DNA of 50,836 bases from a bacterium (GTDB lineage Bacteria; Patescibacteriota; Patescibacteriia; JBDRHN01). The notes under the pieces were generated by a model. That model was not told the origin of the DNA, searched no databases, and saw nothing but the letters and a program-made list of their open reading frames with translations. The position numbers and the translations under genes were made by a program. How positions within the stretch are numbered: the first letter of the stretch is position 1; each line of letters opens with the position of its first letter. The DNA lies in the NCBI GenBank assembly GCA_043816765.1, contig JBDRHN010000058.1:1-50836 (forward strand), given 5' to 3'. Below, one piece after another: positions 1 to 10,814 of this stretch.

Positions 1-217
1 TTATATCACATTCTTAGCTAGAATTACAGTAAAAAAAGTGGATAACCCGCATCAAAAATATTCATAATTTTTATCTAAATTTTCTGATTTTTATTAAATT
101 GTCAAAGGGCTTTTTAGACAGCCTGTTCGGTCGGAATGACATTGTTCAAGCGGGAAAGTTTTAAAATTTCTATTTTGTCAACGAATTATGCAACATCTAC
201 GGGGATGACAGATTTTT

Positions 218-1312
218 TTACCTAAAAACAAATATCAATATCAACGGAATGATATAAAAAAGCGTCAGGATATAAAGAATAGCAAATTTCTTGGATTTGA
301 TCGCCAGCTCTCCTAATTTTTTAGCATGCTTTATCGGTATGTCTCTAAAAAATGGATAAATTATGGAAGCTCCTATTGCGTTAAATAAAAAATGCGCAAG
401 CGCGACGGTAACGGCAACGGGACTTCCCGTGATTAAGGCGACCAACATCGCGGTAATGGTTGTTCCTATATTTGCCCCTATTACATAAGGGAAAATTTTT
501 TCAACAGTGAGAAGTCCGGCTCCAGCTAGCGGCACTACCAGTGAGGTTGTAACTGAACTGCTTTGGACAAGCATTGTAAATAGTATCCCAAAAAGAAAGG
601 CTGTTGCGGGTTGTTTAAAAATGTAGCGGTCAATGGCAACCTCGATTCTTCCAACCATTATTGATTTCATTAATTTTACCAAATAAAACAGGGAAAAGAA
701 AATTAGAATCAAGGACAGACCCAAAAGAATCACGGGAGACATGGATCCTTTGAGGCAGGTTGTAACCGGATGGGTTAACTCTTTGACTGGAGAAAGTAAA
801 TTGATACCGCCGAATTTAACAAAAAAACCAGTTAAAAAATAAGCTAATTTTTCTATTAAATGAGTAAACAGCTCTAATGGAAACAAAATTATTACAGCGA
901 ACAGATTAAAAAAATCATGAACTACGGCGGCGGAAAACGCGCGTTTAAATTCATTTGGCCGCGAGATGTGCCCTAGACTTACGATAAGATTGGTAACTGA
1001 TGTTCCAATATTGGCGCCCATTATCATAGGAATAGCGCCAGCCACCGAAAGACCTCCGCTGGCTACCAATCCAACTATTATTGAAGTTGTTGTAGAAGAG
1101 CTCTGAATTACACTGGTTGCCAAAATTCCAATAAATAGTCCGACAAAAGGATTGGATGTCGTTGTGATAAGTTTTTCTGCAAATCCGCCGCCCAGTCCTT
1201 TCATGGCTATTCCCATCAATTCAATGCTAAGTAAAAACAGGTATAAAATGGCGGCTAAAAACAAAAATTTTAATATTGCTTGCAGGTATTTGTATAATTT
1301 GTTGGTTTGCAT
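218..1312 (-). CDS. Na+/Pi cotransporter (NptA/PNaS family)
   Basis: Hydrophobic ORF with two repeated QSSS / GANIGT motifs typical of Na/Pi-II cotransporters; ATG at 1312 chosen as start. Confidence 0.9.
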   Translation of the reverse strand: MQTNKLYKYLQAILKFLFLAAILYLFLLSIELMGIAMKGLGGGFAEKLITTTSNPFVGLFIGILATSVIQSSSTTTSIIVGLVASGGLSVAGAIPMIMGANIGTSVTNLIVSLGHISRPNEFKRAFSAAVVHDFFNLFAVIILFPLELFTHLIEKLAYFLTGFFVKFGGINLLSPVKELTHPVTTCLKGSMSPVILLGLSLILIFFSLFYLVKLMKSIMVGRIEVAIDRYIFKQPATAFLFGILFTMLVQSSSVTTSLVVPLAGAGLLTVEKIFPYVIGANIGTTITAMLVALITGSPVAVTVALAHFLFNAIGASIIYPFFRDIPIKHAKKLGELAIKSKKFAILYILTLFYIIPLILIFVFR

Positions 1313-1324
1313 TATATTTAGAAA

Positions 1325-1351
1325 CAAAAAACCCCGATTTTACTCGGGGCT
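1325..1351 (-). terminator. Intrinsic terminator after rpsG
   Basis: On - strand CCCCGA-gtaaaa-TCGGGG followed by a T run, just after the rpsG stop. Confidence 0.7.
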
Positions 1352-1357
1352 AAAAAT

Positions 1358-1843
1358 TTATCTCGCAAAATGAGCAAACGCCCGATTGGCTTCGGCCATT
1401 CTGTAAACATCTTCTTTCTTTTTTATTGCCGCACCTGTTTTATTATAGGCGTCCATCAGTTCCAGCGCCAATTTATCTTTCATCGGTTTCCCCTTTTTGG
1501 TTTCGGCGGCTTCTATGAGCCAGCGAAAAGCCAATGCTTGTCTCCTGTCGCTTTTTACTTGGACTGGAATTTGATAATTGGCTCCTCCTATTCGTCTGCC
1601 GCGCACTTCAACCAACGGTCCGATATTTTTTAACGCATGATCAAAAATATCAATGGGGTTATTTGTGGTGATACTATGATCCTTGGCTGTCTGTTTTAAA
1701 ATCTCAAAAGCATCATAAACAGTTTTTCTCGCGACTGTTTTTTTGCCTCTTCGCATTAAATAATTAATAAATTTAGCCACTACGACGTTGTTGTATTTTG
1801 CGTCTGGTGTTATTTTTCTTTTTGGCGCTCTTTTTCCTCGCAT
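1358..1843 (-). CDS. rpsG: 30S ribosomal protein S7
   Basis: RRIGGANYQIP and MAEANRAFAHF motifs. Confidence 0.98.
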   Translation of the reverse strand: MRGKRAPKRKITPDAKYNNVVVAKFINYLMRRGKKTVARKTVYDAFEILKQTAKDHSITTNNPIDIFDHALKNIGPLVEVRGRRIGGANYQIPVQVKSDRRQALAFRWLIEAAETKKGKPMKDKLALELMDAYNKTGAAIKKKEDVYRMAEANRAFAHFAR

Positions 1844-1864
1844 AATTTATGTGGTTATTTGGAA

Positions 1865-2284
1865 TTATTTTTTAGGTTTTTTAACTCCATATTTTGATCT
1901 GCTGCGTTTTCTGTCAGCCACTCCTTGCGTATCAAAAACGCCGCGAACTATATGGTATCTTACAGAAGGAAGATCTTTAACTCTTCCTCCGCGTATTAAA
2001 ACAATTGAGTGTTCCTGCAGTGTATGTCCGACTCCTGGGATATAGGCTGTTACTTCGCGACCGTTTGAAAGGCGCACGCGGGCGATTTTCCGTAAAGCTG
2101 AGTTTGGTTTTTTGGGGGTCATTGTTGTCACTTTCAAACAAACTCCGCGTTTAAAAGACGCGCCTTTTGGCAGATCAGTTATTCGTCTTTTTAAAGTATT
2201 TGACGCGGTCTGCATATCAGGAGATTTTGTTTTTGTTGGTTTGGTTTTTCTTCCTTTTCTAATTAATTGGTTTATGGTTGCCAT
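1865..2284 (-). CDS. rpsL: 30S ribosomal protein S12
   Basis: [11 protein letters not shown] and GGRVKDLP motifs. Confidence 0.99.
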   Translation of the reverse strand: MATINQLIRKGRKTKPTKTKSPDMQTASNTLKRRITDLPKGASFKRGVCLKVTTMTPKKPNSALRKIARVRLSNGREVTAYIPGVGHTLQEHSIVLIRGGRVKDLPSVRYHIVRGVFDTQGVADRKRSRSKYGVKKPKK

Positions 2285-2397
2285 AAAAAATTAGTCTATA
2301 AAGTTAAAAGTCCATAAAGTCTGTAAAGTCTCTAGCTTTCTTTCAACTTTATGTATATAAATTAGTGCTACAATTTTATAACTTTAGGTTGGAAATG

Positions 2398-3369
2398 TCA
2401 ATAGTTAATTTTTCTAACAGAATTGTATTTTTCTTCAACTACGGCTCCCATTGGGTTGCCTTGAAAAATGCAATTAATCAGTTCAGAGATGAATGGGGCC
2501 ATTGAAACTACTTTTATTTTTGGAATTTGTTTGCTCTTTGGAAGTTTTATTGTGTCTGTTACAAGCACTTCTTTCACATATTTGCTGTCTAGTTTTTTTA
2601 TAGCGTCTTTTGAAAATATAGCGTGCGTGGCGCAAATATAAACATCTTTCGCGCCCTGTTTTTTCAATTTAGCGGCGGCGTTTGCTATTGTTCCTCCTGT
2701 ATCAATCATGTCGTCAAGCAAAATAGCGTTTTTATTTTTAACATCTCCTATTAGTTCCATTACTTTTGACTCTCCGTGCGCTTGTCTTCTTTTGTTGATA
2801 ATAGCAAGATCAACTAATAATAGGTCGGCTAGTCTTCTTACTCTTGTCGCGCTTCCGGCATCGGGGGCGACAACGACTATATTTTTTAATTTTTTATCAG
2901 CGATTGCTTTGGCGAGAATAGGTATTGCTGTTAGGTTGTCTGACGGAACATTAAAAAATCCCTGAATCTGATCAACATGAAGATCAACTGCGACTACTCT
3001 GTCCGCTCCAGCGGTTTCAATCATGCTGGCGACTAGTTTTGCTGTTATGGGTTCTCTTGATGTGGATTTTCTGTCTTGGCGCGAGTAGCCGTAATACGGA
3101 ATAACGGCTGTGATTTCTTTTGCGGATGCTCTTTTGAGCGCGTCTATTGTTATTAAAAGTTCCATCAAATTGTCATTGACCGGAGTTGATGTGGATTGTA
3201 TGACAAATACGCTTGAACCGCGAACCGATTCATTAATTCTCACATAAGTCTCGCCGTCGTTAAATTTTTTGATTGTTGTCGGCGTTAACTCAACGTTAAG
3301 GTTTTTTGCTATGTCGCTGGCTAGTTGCGGATTTGATGTTCCGCTGATTAGGATGAGTTTTTGTTTCAT
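2398..3369 (-). CDS. prs: Ribose-phosphate pyrophosphokinase
   Basis: YSRQDRK, DLH and DDMIDTGGT PRPP-binding motif. Confidence 0.97.
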   Translation of the reverse strand: MKQKLILISGTSNPQLASDIAKNLNVELTPTTIKKFNDGETYVRINESVRGSSVFVIQSTSTPVNDNLMELLITIDALKRASAKEITAVIPYYGYSRQDRKSTSREPITAKLVASMIETAGADRVVAVDLHVDQIQGFFNVPSDNLTAIPILAKAIADKKLKNIVVVAPDAGSATRVRRLADLLLVDLAIINKRRQAHGESKVMELIGDVKNKNAILLDDMIDTGGTIANAAAKLKKQGAKDVYICATHAIFSKDAIKKLDSKYVKEVLVTDTIKLPKSKQIPKIKVVSMAPFISELINCIFQGNPMGAVVEEKYNSVRKINY

Positions 3370-3380
3370 ATTTTATTTTA

Positions 3381-3596
3381 TTAATTTAATTCTTTTAAAT
3401 ATTCTTTGACTTCATCTTTTCTTTCTTGACAATCTTTTATAACCGTATCAATAAATTTTTCATATTCGTTTGTGTTGTTATTAAATTCATTCATCACCGC
3501 CATTTTATCACAAAGTGTTCCTTTTCTTAAATTCAAATAATCTTGATAGCTTGACCATTGATAATATTTATTTTTTTCAAATTTTAATTTTCGCAT
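3381..3596 (-). pseudogene. C-terminal remnant of an IS200-like/REP-associated tyrosine transposase (RAYT)
   Basis: YQWSSYQDY matches the Y-x-WSSY motif of RAYT C-termini; HUH motif and catalytic Tyr/NP region are absent. Confidence 0.6.
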
Positions 3597-3597
3597 T

Positions 3598-5487
3598 TCA
3601 TTTTTCCTGCGTATAATAAATCATCTGATCTTCACTCAAATCTGTCTTAAAATCTTCTCCAAAAAAATTTACTTTCAGTGAGTGTCCGGCTGTGCCGGGT
3701 TGTTTTTGTGCTAATAGGTTGTATTTATCTTGATCTATTTGGTCTTTAATATGGGTAGGGAGTTTGTATTCAATAGTTAACGTTCTTGTCTCTTTTGGCT
3801 CAATGGCAATAAACGCGCCAAAGACTGTTTTTCCGAATTCATCTTCAATGTAAACTTTTCCAATCTCGTTTGAACGATCGTTTTCCATTACGCCTTCGGC
3901 TGTGATTAATTCTGCGCCTTGGGGGGCATAGACTCGGACAAAATCTCGGTAACGTGTCAGGTTCCACGCGAATTTTCCATTGTTGGTGTAAGTCAGAGTA
4001 ACTTTTCCGACCAGATATTCATCTCCGCTTTCCGATTTTTCGCGCCTCATTTCGTATTTGATGCTTTTATCCATTACCGAGTCGGTTTTTAGAGAGCCGA
4101 TGTTTGAATCAACAACCATTAAATAATCGCTGTCGGTTGGACGAATCTCCCCTGTCCATTTGCTTTCGCTCGCGATGCTTTGCAAATTTTTGTCATTAAA
4201 AAATAATAAAATATGCTTTTCGTCTAAATTTTGTTTTAACAAATTTGCCATGTCCAGCCATTTCTCTTTGGGCAAATTTTCCAATCTATTTTGCAGTTCA
4301 TCGGCCAAATCGCTGATTACCGCTTTTCTTTCCGCCATCGGGATTCCGAGTTCTCTGAATTCCATTTCTACACGGTATTCCAAAACGTCAATTAAATTTT
4401 CGCCAGTGAAGGTGATGCCGTGAGTGGTGATTGGTCCGACTAGATCTAAGATGTCGGAAACGACATCAGGGGTAATAGCGATTATGCCTGTGAAGTCCAA
4501 ATCTTTTTGGCTTTCTTGGTTGTAAAACCATTCTACTTTTTCCGCGCTTGTTGGAAAGTTTGGCGACCAGTTGGCATCGCGCAAAAACCACTGTGTTGTA
4601 TCGTTCCATTTTGCCAACTGCCACGGAGGGTTAATAAATAATCTTTCTCTTGCTGTTTTGTCCAGATTGTAAACATCATCAATAAACAGGTTATCTACTT
4701 TTGAATCTTTGATTTGCAAAAGCGCATAAGTTCCGATAAATCCTCCCGTTGGGCGCAACTCGGTATTGTTTTGCAAAAGTATTAAATAATTTGCTTGATT
4801 CGGATAGCCGATAAGTTCCGGGATGTAATCGGACGCGAGCGCCGCGAAGTCAAATAACTTTTTTGTTTCAGTCAATTTTTTTATTTTTAAAATAACATCT
4901 TTGCCTGCATATTTTGCAAAGGGGGAATTTAACAAAACATCAACATCTTGCGAAGCTTTATCAACTTCTGTTTTTATATCTTTCAAAACAGGAGCGGCTT
5001 CTCTAATGGCGACAACTATGTTTCCTTTTTGATCGCCGGATAGTTTTCCCAAATCAAGTTCTTTGTAGGTTTTTCCTTCTATTCCCAAGTCTTTATACAT
5101 TTCCGCGCCGATGTCTACCAGTCGTTGCGCGGAAGATAAAACGGTTGCTGTTGAGTTGATTAAATTTTGGGTTGCTTGAATTTCATCTTTAACTATTGGT
5201 AAAACTTTTGCCAAATTGAGTCCGTCAATTTCTTTTTTTACTATATTTACATTTTGTTCAATTGTTGCTAGCGACTTTTTGGCTTGGACAAAATCTTGGC
5301 TTTTTGCGGCTGTTTGCAGATTTTGAATTTCCGTTTTAATTATATCCGCGCTGGTTTTTATTTTTTTTGCGCTGGTGTAATATGAATAACCGACTATTGA
5401 AATCAACAGAATTAAAACAACCGCGCCAAAGAGGATTATTTTCTTTTTCGCTGTTTTTTGGTTTGGGGGTTGGTTTGGGTTGTTCAT
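3598..5487 (-). CDS. DUF4012 domain membrane-anchored protein
   Basis: N-terminal TM helix; LLQNNTELRPTGGFIG and RDANWSPNFP motifs. Confidence 0.88.
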   Translation of the reverse strand: MNNPNQPPNQKTAKKKIILFGAVVLILLISIVGYSYYTSAKKIKTSADIIKTEIQNLQTAAKSQDFVQAKKSLATIEQNVNIVKKEIDGLNLAKVLPIVKDEIQATQNLINSTATVLSSAQRLVDIGAEMYKDLGIEGKTYKELDLGKLSGDQKGNIVVAIREAAPVLKDIKTEVDKASQDVDVLLNSPFAKYAGKDVILKIKKLTETKKLFDFAALASDYIPELIGYPNQANYLILLQNNTELRPTGGFIGTYALLQIKDSKVDNLFIDDVYNLDKTARERLFINPPWQLAKWNDTTQWFLRDANWSPNFPTSAEKVEWFYNQESQKDLDFTGIIAITPDVVSDILDLVGPITTHGITFTGENLIDVLEYRVEMEFRELGIPMAERKAVISDLADELQNRLENLPKEKWLDMANLLKQNLDEKHILLFFNDKNLQSIASESKWTGEIRPTDSDYLMVVDSNIGSLKTDSVMDKSIKYEMRREKSESGDEYLVGKVTLTYTNNGKFAWNLTRYRDFVRVYAPQGAELITAEGVMENDRSNEIGKVYIEDEFGKTVFGAFIAIEPKETRTLTIEYKLPTHIKDQIDQDKYNLLAQKQPGTAGHSLKVNFFGEDFKTDLSEDQMIYYTQEK

Positions 5488-5562
5488 AGAGTGGTTTGGT
5501 TTAATGTTTATTTGCTTTTCTGATCCGCCGCAGTCTCCTAAAAGCAACTGTTTTTAACCTTT

Positions 5563-6240
5563 TTAAAAATTATAATTTAACACTCCTTTCAAATCACTTG
5601 CTTCATGGTCGGGTTTGGGAATTCCTTTTTTTAAAACTTCATTTTTACGATTAATCCATACCGTTTTTATTCCCATCTCCTTGGCACCTAGGATATCTTC
5701 ATCTTGGGTGTCTCCAACGAATAAAATTTCATTTTTATCGTATTTGATATTTTTTAATATTTTTTTAAAAAATAATTTCTGCGGTTTATATGCTTGTAAA
5801 TCTTCAGATGTATATATTGCAAAAAAATACTTGGCGATACAAAGCTTTTTAAAATTTAATAATAGCGGTTCCTTGTCTGTATTTGAGGCAACAATTAAGA
5901 CGTATTTTTTAGAAAGTTTTTCCAAAACTTCTTCTGTTTCTTGAAAAAGTTTTCTTTCGGTAAGTGATTTCAAATAATGTTTTACGTCTTTTTTGGAGCG
6001 GTCCTGCAAATGGAATTTTTTTTCAATTCGGCTTAATGTTTTTGTCAATATTTCTTCTTCGACATAAAAACGTTTTTTTGAATAATAACTTTTACAAAGC
6101 GGTTTAAAGTTGTTGTAATAAAAATCATAAGGATTTATGTTTGAATGATGTGCTTTTAATATTTTTTCAGTTGCTTTAATTGACCCATCTCCTGTGTCAA
6201 TAATAGTGCCGAAAACATCAAAAAGTATAGTTTTGATCAT
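5563..6240 (-). CDS. HAD-superfamily hydrolase
   Basis: FDVFGT motif I, SN motif II, KP, and VGD...DILGA motif IV. Confidence 0.9.
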   Translation of the reverse strand: MIKTILFDVFGTIIDTGDGSIKATEKILKAHHSNINPYDFYYNNFKPLCKSYYSKKRFYVEEEILTKTLSRIEKKFHLQDRSKKDVKHYLKSLTERKLFQETEEVLEKLSKKYVLIVASNTDKEPLLLNFKKLCIAKYFFAIYTSEDLQAYKPQKLFFKKILKNIKYDKNEILFVGDTQDEDILGAKEMGIKTVWINRKNEVLKKGIPKPDHEASDLKGVLNYNF

Positions 6241-6324
6241 ATTTGATTTTAATCCAAGATTGTGAAAGTAATAAAGTAGGTTTGGTTTGGGATGAAATAT
6301 TTATATTTTACTGCCATATTTATC

Positions 6325-6753
6325 TCACTCCCGCGCCGCAGTCCCCTGGCGGGAGACTGCGGCGGAGCGTTCGATAGTTTCTCTGTCATAATCATCCTCA
6401 TATCTCACAATATCATCCTCTCCAACATAACTTCCTGTCTGCACCTCTATTATTTCCAAATTGATTTTACCGATATTTTCAAGACGATGAGTCGCGGAAA
6501 TAGGAATGAAGGTGCTTTCGTTTTCTTTTAAAATAATCTCTTTATCATTCAATGTTACTTTTGCTACCCCCAAAACAACCACCCAATGTTCAGAGCGATG
6601 ATGGTGGGATTGCATGCTTAGTCTTGAATTTGGTAAAACAACTATTTTTTTTACTTTATATCTTGTCTCCTCAATTAAAACTTCATAGCTTCCCCATGGA
6701 CGATTAACTGCTGAATTGTTTTTTTCTTTTTCGCAAGGAGTATTTTCTGCCAT
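6325..6753 (-). CDS. Mannose-6-phosphate isomerase type II C-terminal cupin domain protein
   Basis: RPWGSY, LSMQSHHHRSEHW, EVQTGSYVGEDDIVRYED; the last ~14 aa derive from a family-A palindrome. Confidence 0.9.
   Translation of the reverse strand: MAENTPCEKEKNNSAVNRPWGSYEVLIEETRYKVKKIVVLPNSRLSMQSHHHRSEHWVVVLGVAKVTLNDKEIILKENESTFIPISATHRLENIGKINLEIIEVQTGSYVGEDDIVRYEDDYDRETIERSAAVSRQGTAARE
6328..6368. repeat. Family-A palindromic element forming the C-terminus of the cupin gene
   Basis: ctcccgcg-CCGCAGTC-ccctggcggga-GACTGCGG-cggagc. Confidence 0.9.
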
Positions 6754-6790
6754 AATAAAAATTTAATTTTATAATTTTATTCTACCATAA

Positions 6791-6874
6791 AATAGGACAC
6801 AGATAAACACAGGCTAACGCAGATATAATAAAATCCGCGCAAATCAGGACAATCCTGGCAATCTGCGTTCTATT
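6791..6874. repeat. Low-complexity 'acacagat/acgcagat' repeat, family F
   Basis: aataggacacagat(a/g)aacacag is shared with 10527-10573; related tracts at ~8765 and ~14993. Confidence 0.6.
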
Positions 6875-6879
6875 AATAA

Positions 6880-7881
6880 TTACATCATTGCGACCATTTC
6901 TACCAATCTATTAGAATATCCCCACTCATTATCATACCACGCGATTACTTTGACTAAATTTCCGCCAACGACATCTGTTAATGACAAGTCAACGATTGAT
7001 GAATGCGGATTGCCGATGAGGTCGCTGGATACTAGCGGTTCGTCTGTTGTTTGCAGTATGCCTTTGTATCTCGGCTCTTTTGAGGCGGCAATCAGGACGT
7101 TGTTTATCTCTTCTGCTGTAACGTCTTTTTTCAAAACCATTGTAATGTCAGAGAGTGAGACTACCGGAGTTGGGACGCGAACTGAGAGTCCCCCAAAGAG
7201 TCCTTTTAATTCCGGGATTGCGTTTGTTGTCGCTTTTGCCGCGCCTGTTGTCGTCGGGATCATATTGCAAGCGGCGGCTCTTGCTCGGCGTAAATCTTTG
7301 TGCGGACCGTCGACTAGATTTTGATCTGCGGTGTATGAATGGATTGTGTTTAATATTGCTTTTGCGATGCCGAATTCTTTGTTGATTATGTCAACAACCG
7401 GCGCGATGCTGTTTGTCGTGCAGGAGGCGTTGGAGACGATGTCGTCGTCTGCTTTCATGTCTTTGTCGTTGACCGATAAAACATAAGCGGCTATGTCATC
7501 ACCTTTTCCGGGCGCGGACAAAACTACTTTTTTTGCTCCGGCGGTTATGTGTTTTCCGGCGTCTTCACGAGTGCGGAATCTGCCCGTGCTTTCAATGACT
7601 ACGTCAACTTCTAGTTTTTTCCATGGCAAATTGGCTGGATCTTTTTCGGCTAAGACTTTGTAATGTTTTGAGTCAACTATGATTCCTTCTTCGTCTGATG
7701 AAATTTCATGATTGTATTGTCTGTAGACTGAATCGTATTTTAATAAATGAGCGAGTGTTTTGTTGTCGGTTAAATCGTTGATGGCGACAACTTCCATCTC
7801 ATTTTCAAATTTGTCTAAAATGATTTTGAACGCGGCGCGTCCGATTCGGCCAAAGCCGTTGATTGCGATTTTCTTTTTCAT
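6880..7881 (-). CDS. gap: Glyceraldehyde-3-phosphate dehydrogenase type I
   Basis: INGFGRIGR, SNASCTTN, WYDNEWGYS. Confidence 0.99.
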   Translation of the reverse strand: MKKKIAINGFGRIGRAAFKIILDKFENEMEVVAINDLTDNKTLAHLLKYDSVYRQYNHEISSDEEGIIVDSKHYKVLAEKDPANLPWKKLEVDVVIESTGRFRTREDAGKHITAGAKKVVLSAPGKGDDIAAYVLSVNDKDMKADDDIVSNASCTTNSIAPVVDIINKEFGIAKAILNTIHSYTADQNLVDGPHKDLRRARAAACNMIPTTTGAAKATTNAIPELKGLFGGLSVRVPTPVVSLSDITMVLKKDVTAEEINNVLIAASKEPRYKGILQTTDEPLVSSDLIGNPHSSIVDLSLTDVVGGNLVKVIAWYDNEWGYSNRLVEMVAMM

Positions 7882-7904
7882 AGTGTTTTTTATTTTTTAA
7901 AAAG

Positions 7905-8726
7905 TTAATTTAATTTTTTAATAGTCTCATGTCCGACCAATGATTTCATTTGTATAATTCCAATTTTGTTAAGTTTTTTAAGTCGTTCTGCTTGAGATAG
8001 TTTTTGTCTGATAAATTCAGCATTTAAACTTTCTAAATTTGCAAGGCACACGAGTTGTCTCACGTCCGCATAATCTCTAATGTTTCCTTTTTCGTTTAGG
8101 TTCTCTTCCCGCCACTTTTTTGCTGTCATCCCAAATAATGCCATATTTAAAATGTCCGCTTCGTTTGCGTAAACAAGTTCTATCTGTTCTGCTGTGATTA
8201 AATTCGGGACAATGTGCGCTTTTATGGCGTCTGTGTGAATTTTATAATTTACTTTTGTCAATGTTCGTTTTGCGTCCCAGCCAAGCGTCAATCGTTCATT
8301 TTCTTCTTCTTTTAATCTTTCAAATTCTTTGATTAGATAAAGCTTAAATTCTGCTGAAATCCACGAGGCAAACTCAAAAGCGATATCTTTGTGCGCGAAA
8401 GTGCCGCCGTCATATCGTCCTGCTCTGGAAATAATTCCTGCGGCGTTTGTTGTTCTAATCCACTTTTGGGGTGTCAAAACAAAAGAATTGCTTCCAGCTT
8501 CATTTTTAACCGTGTCGAATTCGACACGGTTAAACTTTGGGTTATTCATTGCTTCCCACAGACCAAGAAATTCAACTGTAAAACGGGTTTTCATCCAGTT
8601 TTGAATAACAAATCTTGGATCGTCAGAGTTTTTATATCTAGCGATATCGGTAAGCGAAATATAATCTTCTTCTTTTTGGGAGAAAAAATTTACGTTTATG
8701 TTTTTGACTATTAGTTCTTTGTTCAT
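7905..8726 (-). CDS. KilA-N domain DNA-binding protein
   Basis: DYISLTDIA, GGTFAHKDIAFEFASWISAEFKLYLI. Confidence 0.9.
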   Translation of the reverse strand: MNKELIVKNINVNFFSQKEEDYISLTDIARYKNSDDPRFVIQNWMKTRFTVEFLGLWEAMNNPKFNRVEFDTVKNEAGSNSFVLTPQKWIRTTNAAGIISRAGRYDGGTFAHKDIAFEFASWISAEFKLYLIKEFERLKEEENERLTLGWDAKRTLTKVNYKIHTDAIKAHIVPNLITAEQIELVYANEADILNMALFGMTAKKWREENLNEKGNIRDYADVRQLVCLANLESLNAEFIRQKLSQAERLKKLNKIGIIQMKSLVGHETIKKLN

Positions 8727-8842
8727 GAGAAATAAAAATTAAATCTTTTATTACGGACCCTTCGGGCGCAGATTGGCGCTGATTTTATTGTGTTAAATTG
8801 CGATAATCTTCTCGTATATGTTAAATGTTAAATTTATTTCTG

Positions 8843-9004
8843 TCAAAGTAGAAATCTCATAAATCCCCCTTTTGAATCTTCGTTGCGATGAATTTCGGTT
8901 GTTGTCCTTTCGCCAAGCATGGTAAAAATCAGCTCAAAATCGTCCATATGATCCCGCAGATTTTCTCGCTTTAATCCTTTTATTTTTAAATAAATTTTTT
9001 TCAT
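8843..9004 (-). pseudogene. Internal fragment of a Bro-N/antirepressor-like protein
   Basis: Hand translation: MKKIYLKIKGLKRENLRDHMDDFELIFTMLGERTTTEIHRNEDSKG, resembling the C-terminal region of Bro-N family proteins; no N-terminal domain. Confidence 0.6.
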
Positions 9005-9049
9005 GTCCCTATTTTTTAGATTGAATTCTTGCTAATTAGCTGAATCTCA

Positions 9050-9272
9050 TCCCCGCGCCGCAGTCCCCGCGGGGAGACTGCGGCTGAGCAGAATAAAGTA
9101 AAAATTATGGCACAATTATTGCGTTTTTTAAAGCAAGCCAATCTCGTTCCCGCGTCGGAGTCCCCGCTGGGAGACTCCGACGGAGCATTGAAACCCTCCC
9201 CCAACCCCTCCGCGGGAGGGGGATTGTTAGTGCAAATTTCGGTTCGGAGTATGCGCGGCACAACTCCGAACC
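9050..9272. repeat. Cluster of palindromes: family A (9050-9089, 9146-9186), family B (9193-9225), hairpin 9241-9272
   Basis: Direct inspection of inverted repeats, e.g. GGTTCGGAGT-N12-ACTCCGAACC. Confidence 0.85.
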
Positions 9273-9325
9273 AGCGCAGTTTTGGGCATTTTTATCGTTT
9301 TCCCGACATCGGCAAAATGATCAGA

Positions 9326-10516
<1,191 letters not shown>

Positions 10517-10620
10517 TTATAATTAAATAGGACACAGATGAACACAGTCCAAAGGCACAAATTAACACAGATTAAACCTAATGCGTATTTGCTAAATTTT
10601 AAATTTATTTCGTTTTTACT

Positions 10621-10814
10621 ACTCCGCCACAGTCTCTCGTCAGAGGACTGTGGCGCATGGGAAGTGTACTCAAACATCTAATGCTCGTTCGCCTCGAGCT
10701 TATTTCTTGTGTCCTTGTATCTTTAACAACCTTAGACGAGGCAGTGCCTCGTCTCTACAATCTGGGCGTATGCAATACGCCCCTACAAACGAACGCAAAA
10801 TATTGCGTCCCTAC
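10621..10814. repeat. REP cluster between tgt and polA: family A (10621-10662) and three tandem GTAG-type REPs (10734-10814)
   Basis: On - strand GTAG-GGACGCAATATTTTGCGTTC, GTAG-GGGCGTATTGCATACGCCC, GTAG-AGACGAGGCACTGCCTCGTCT; the polA TAG lies in the first GTAG. Confidence 0.85.

Noticed and set aside
38-46. DnaA-box-like TTATCCAC
   Set aside because: Single imperfect box at the window edge; not enough to call an origin
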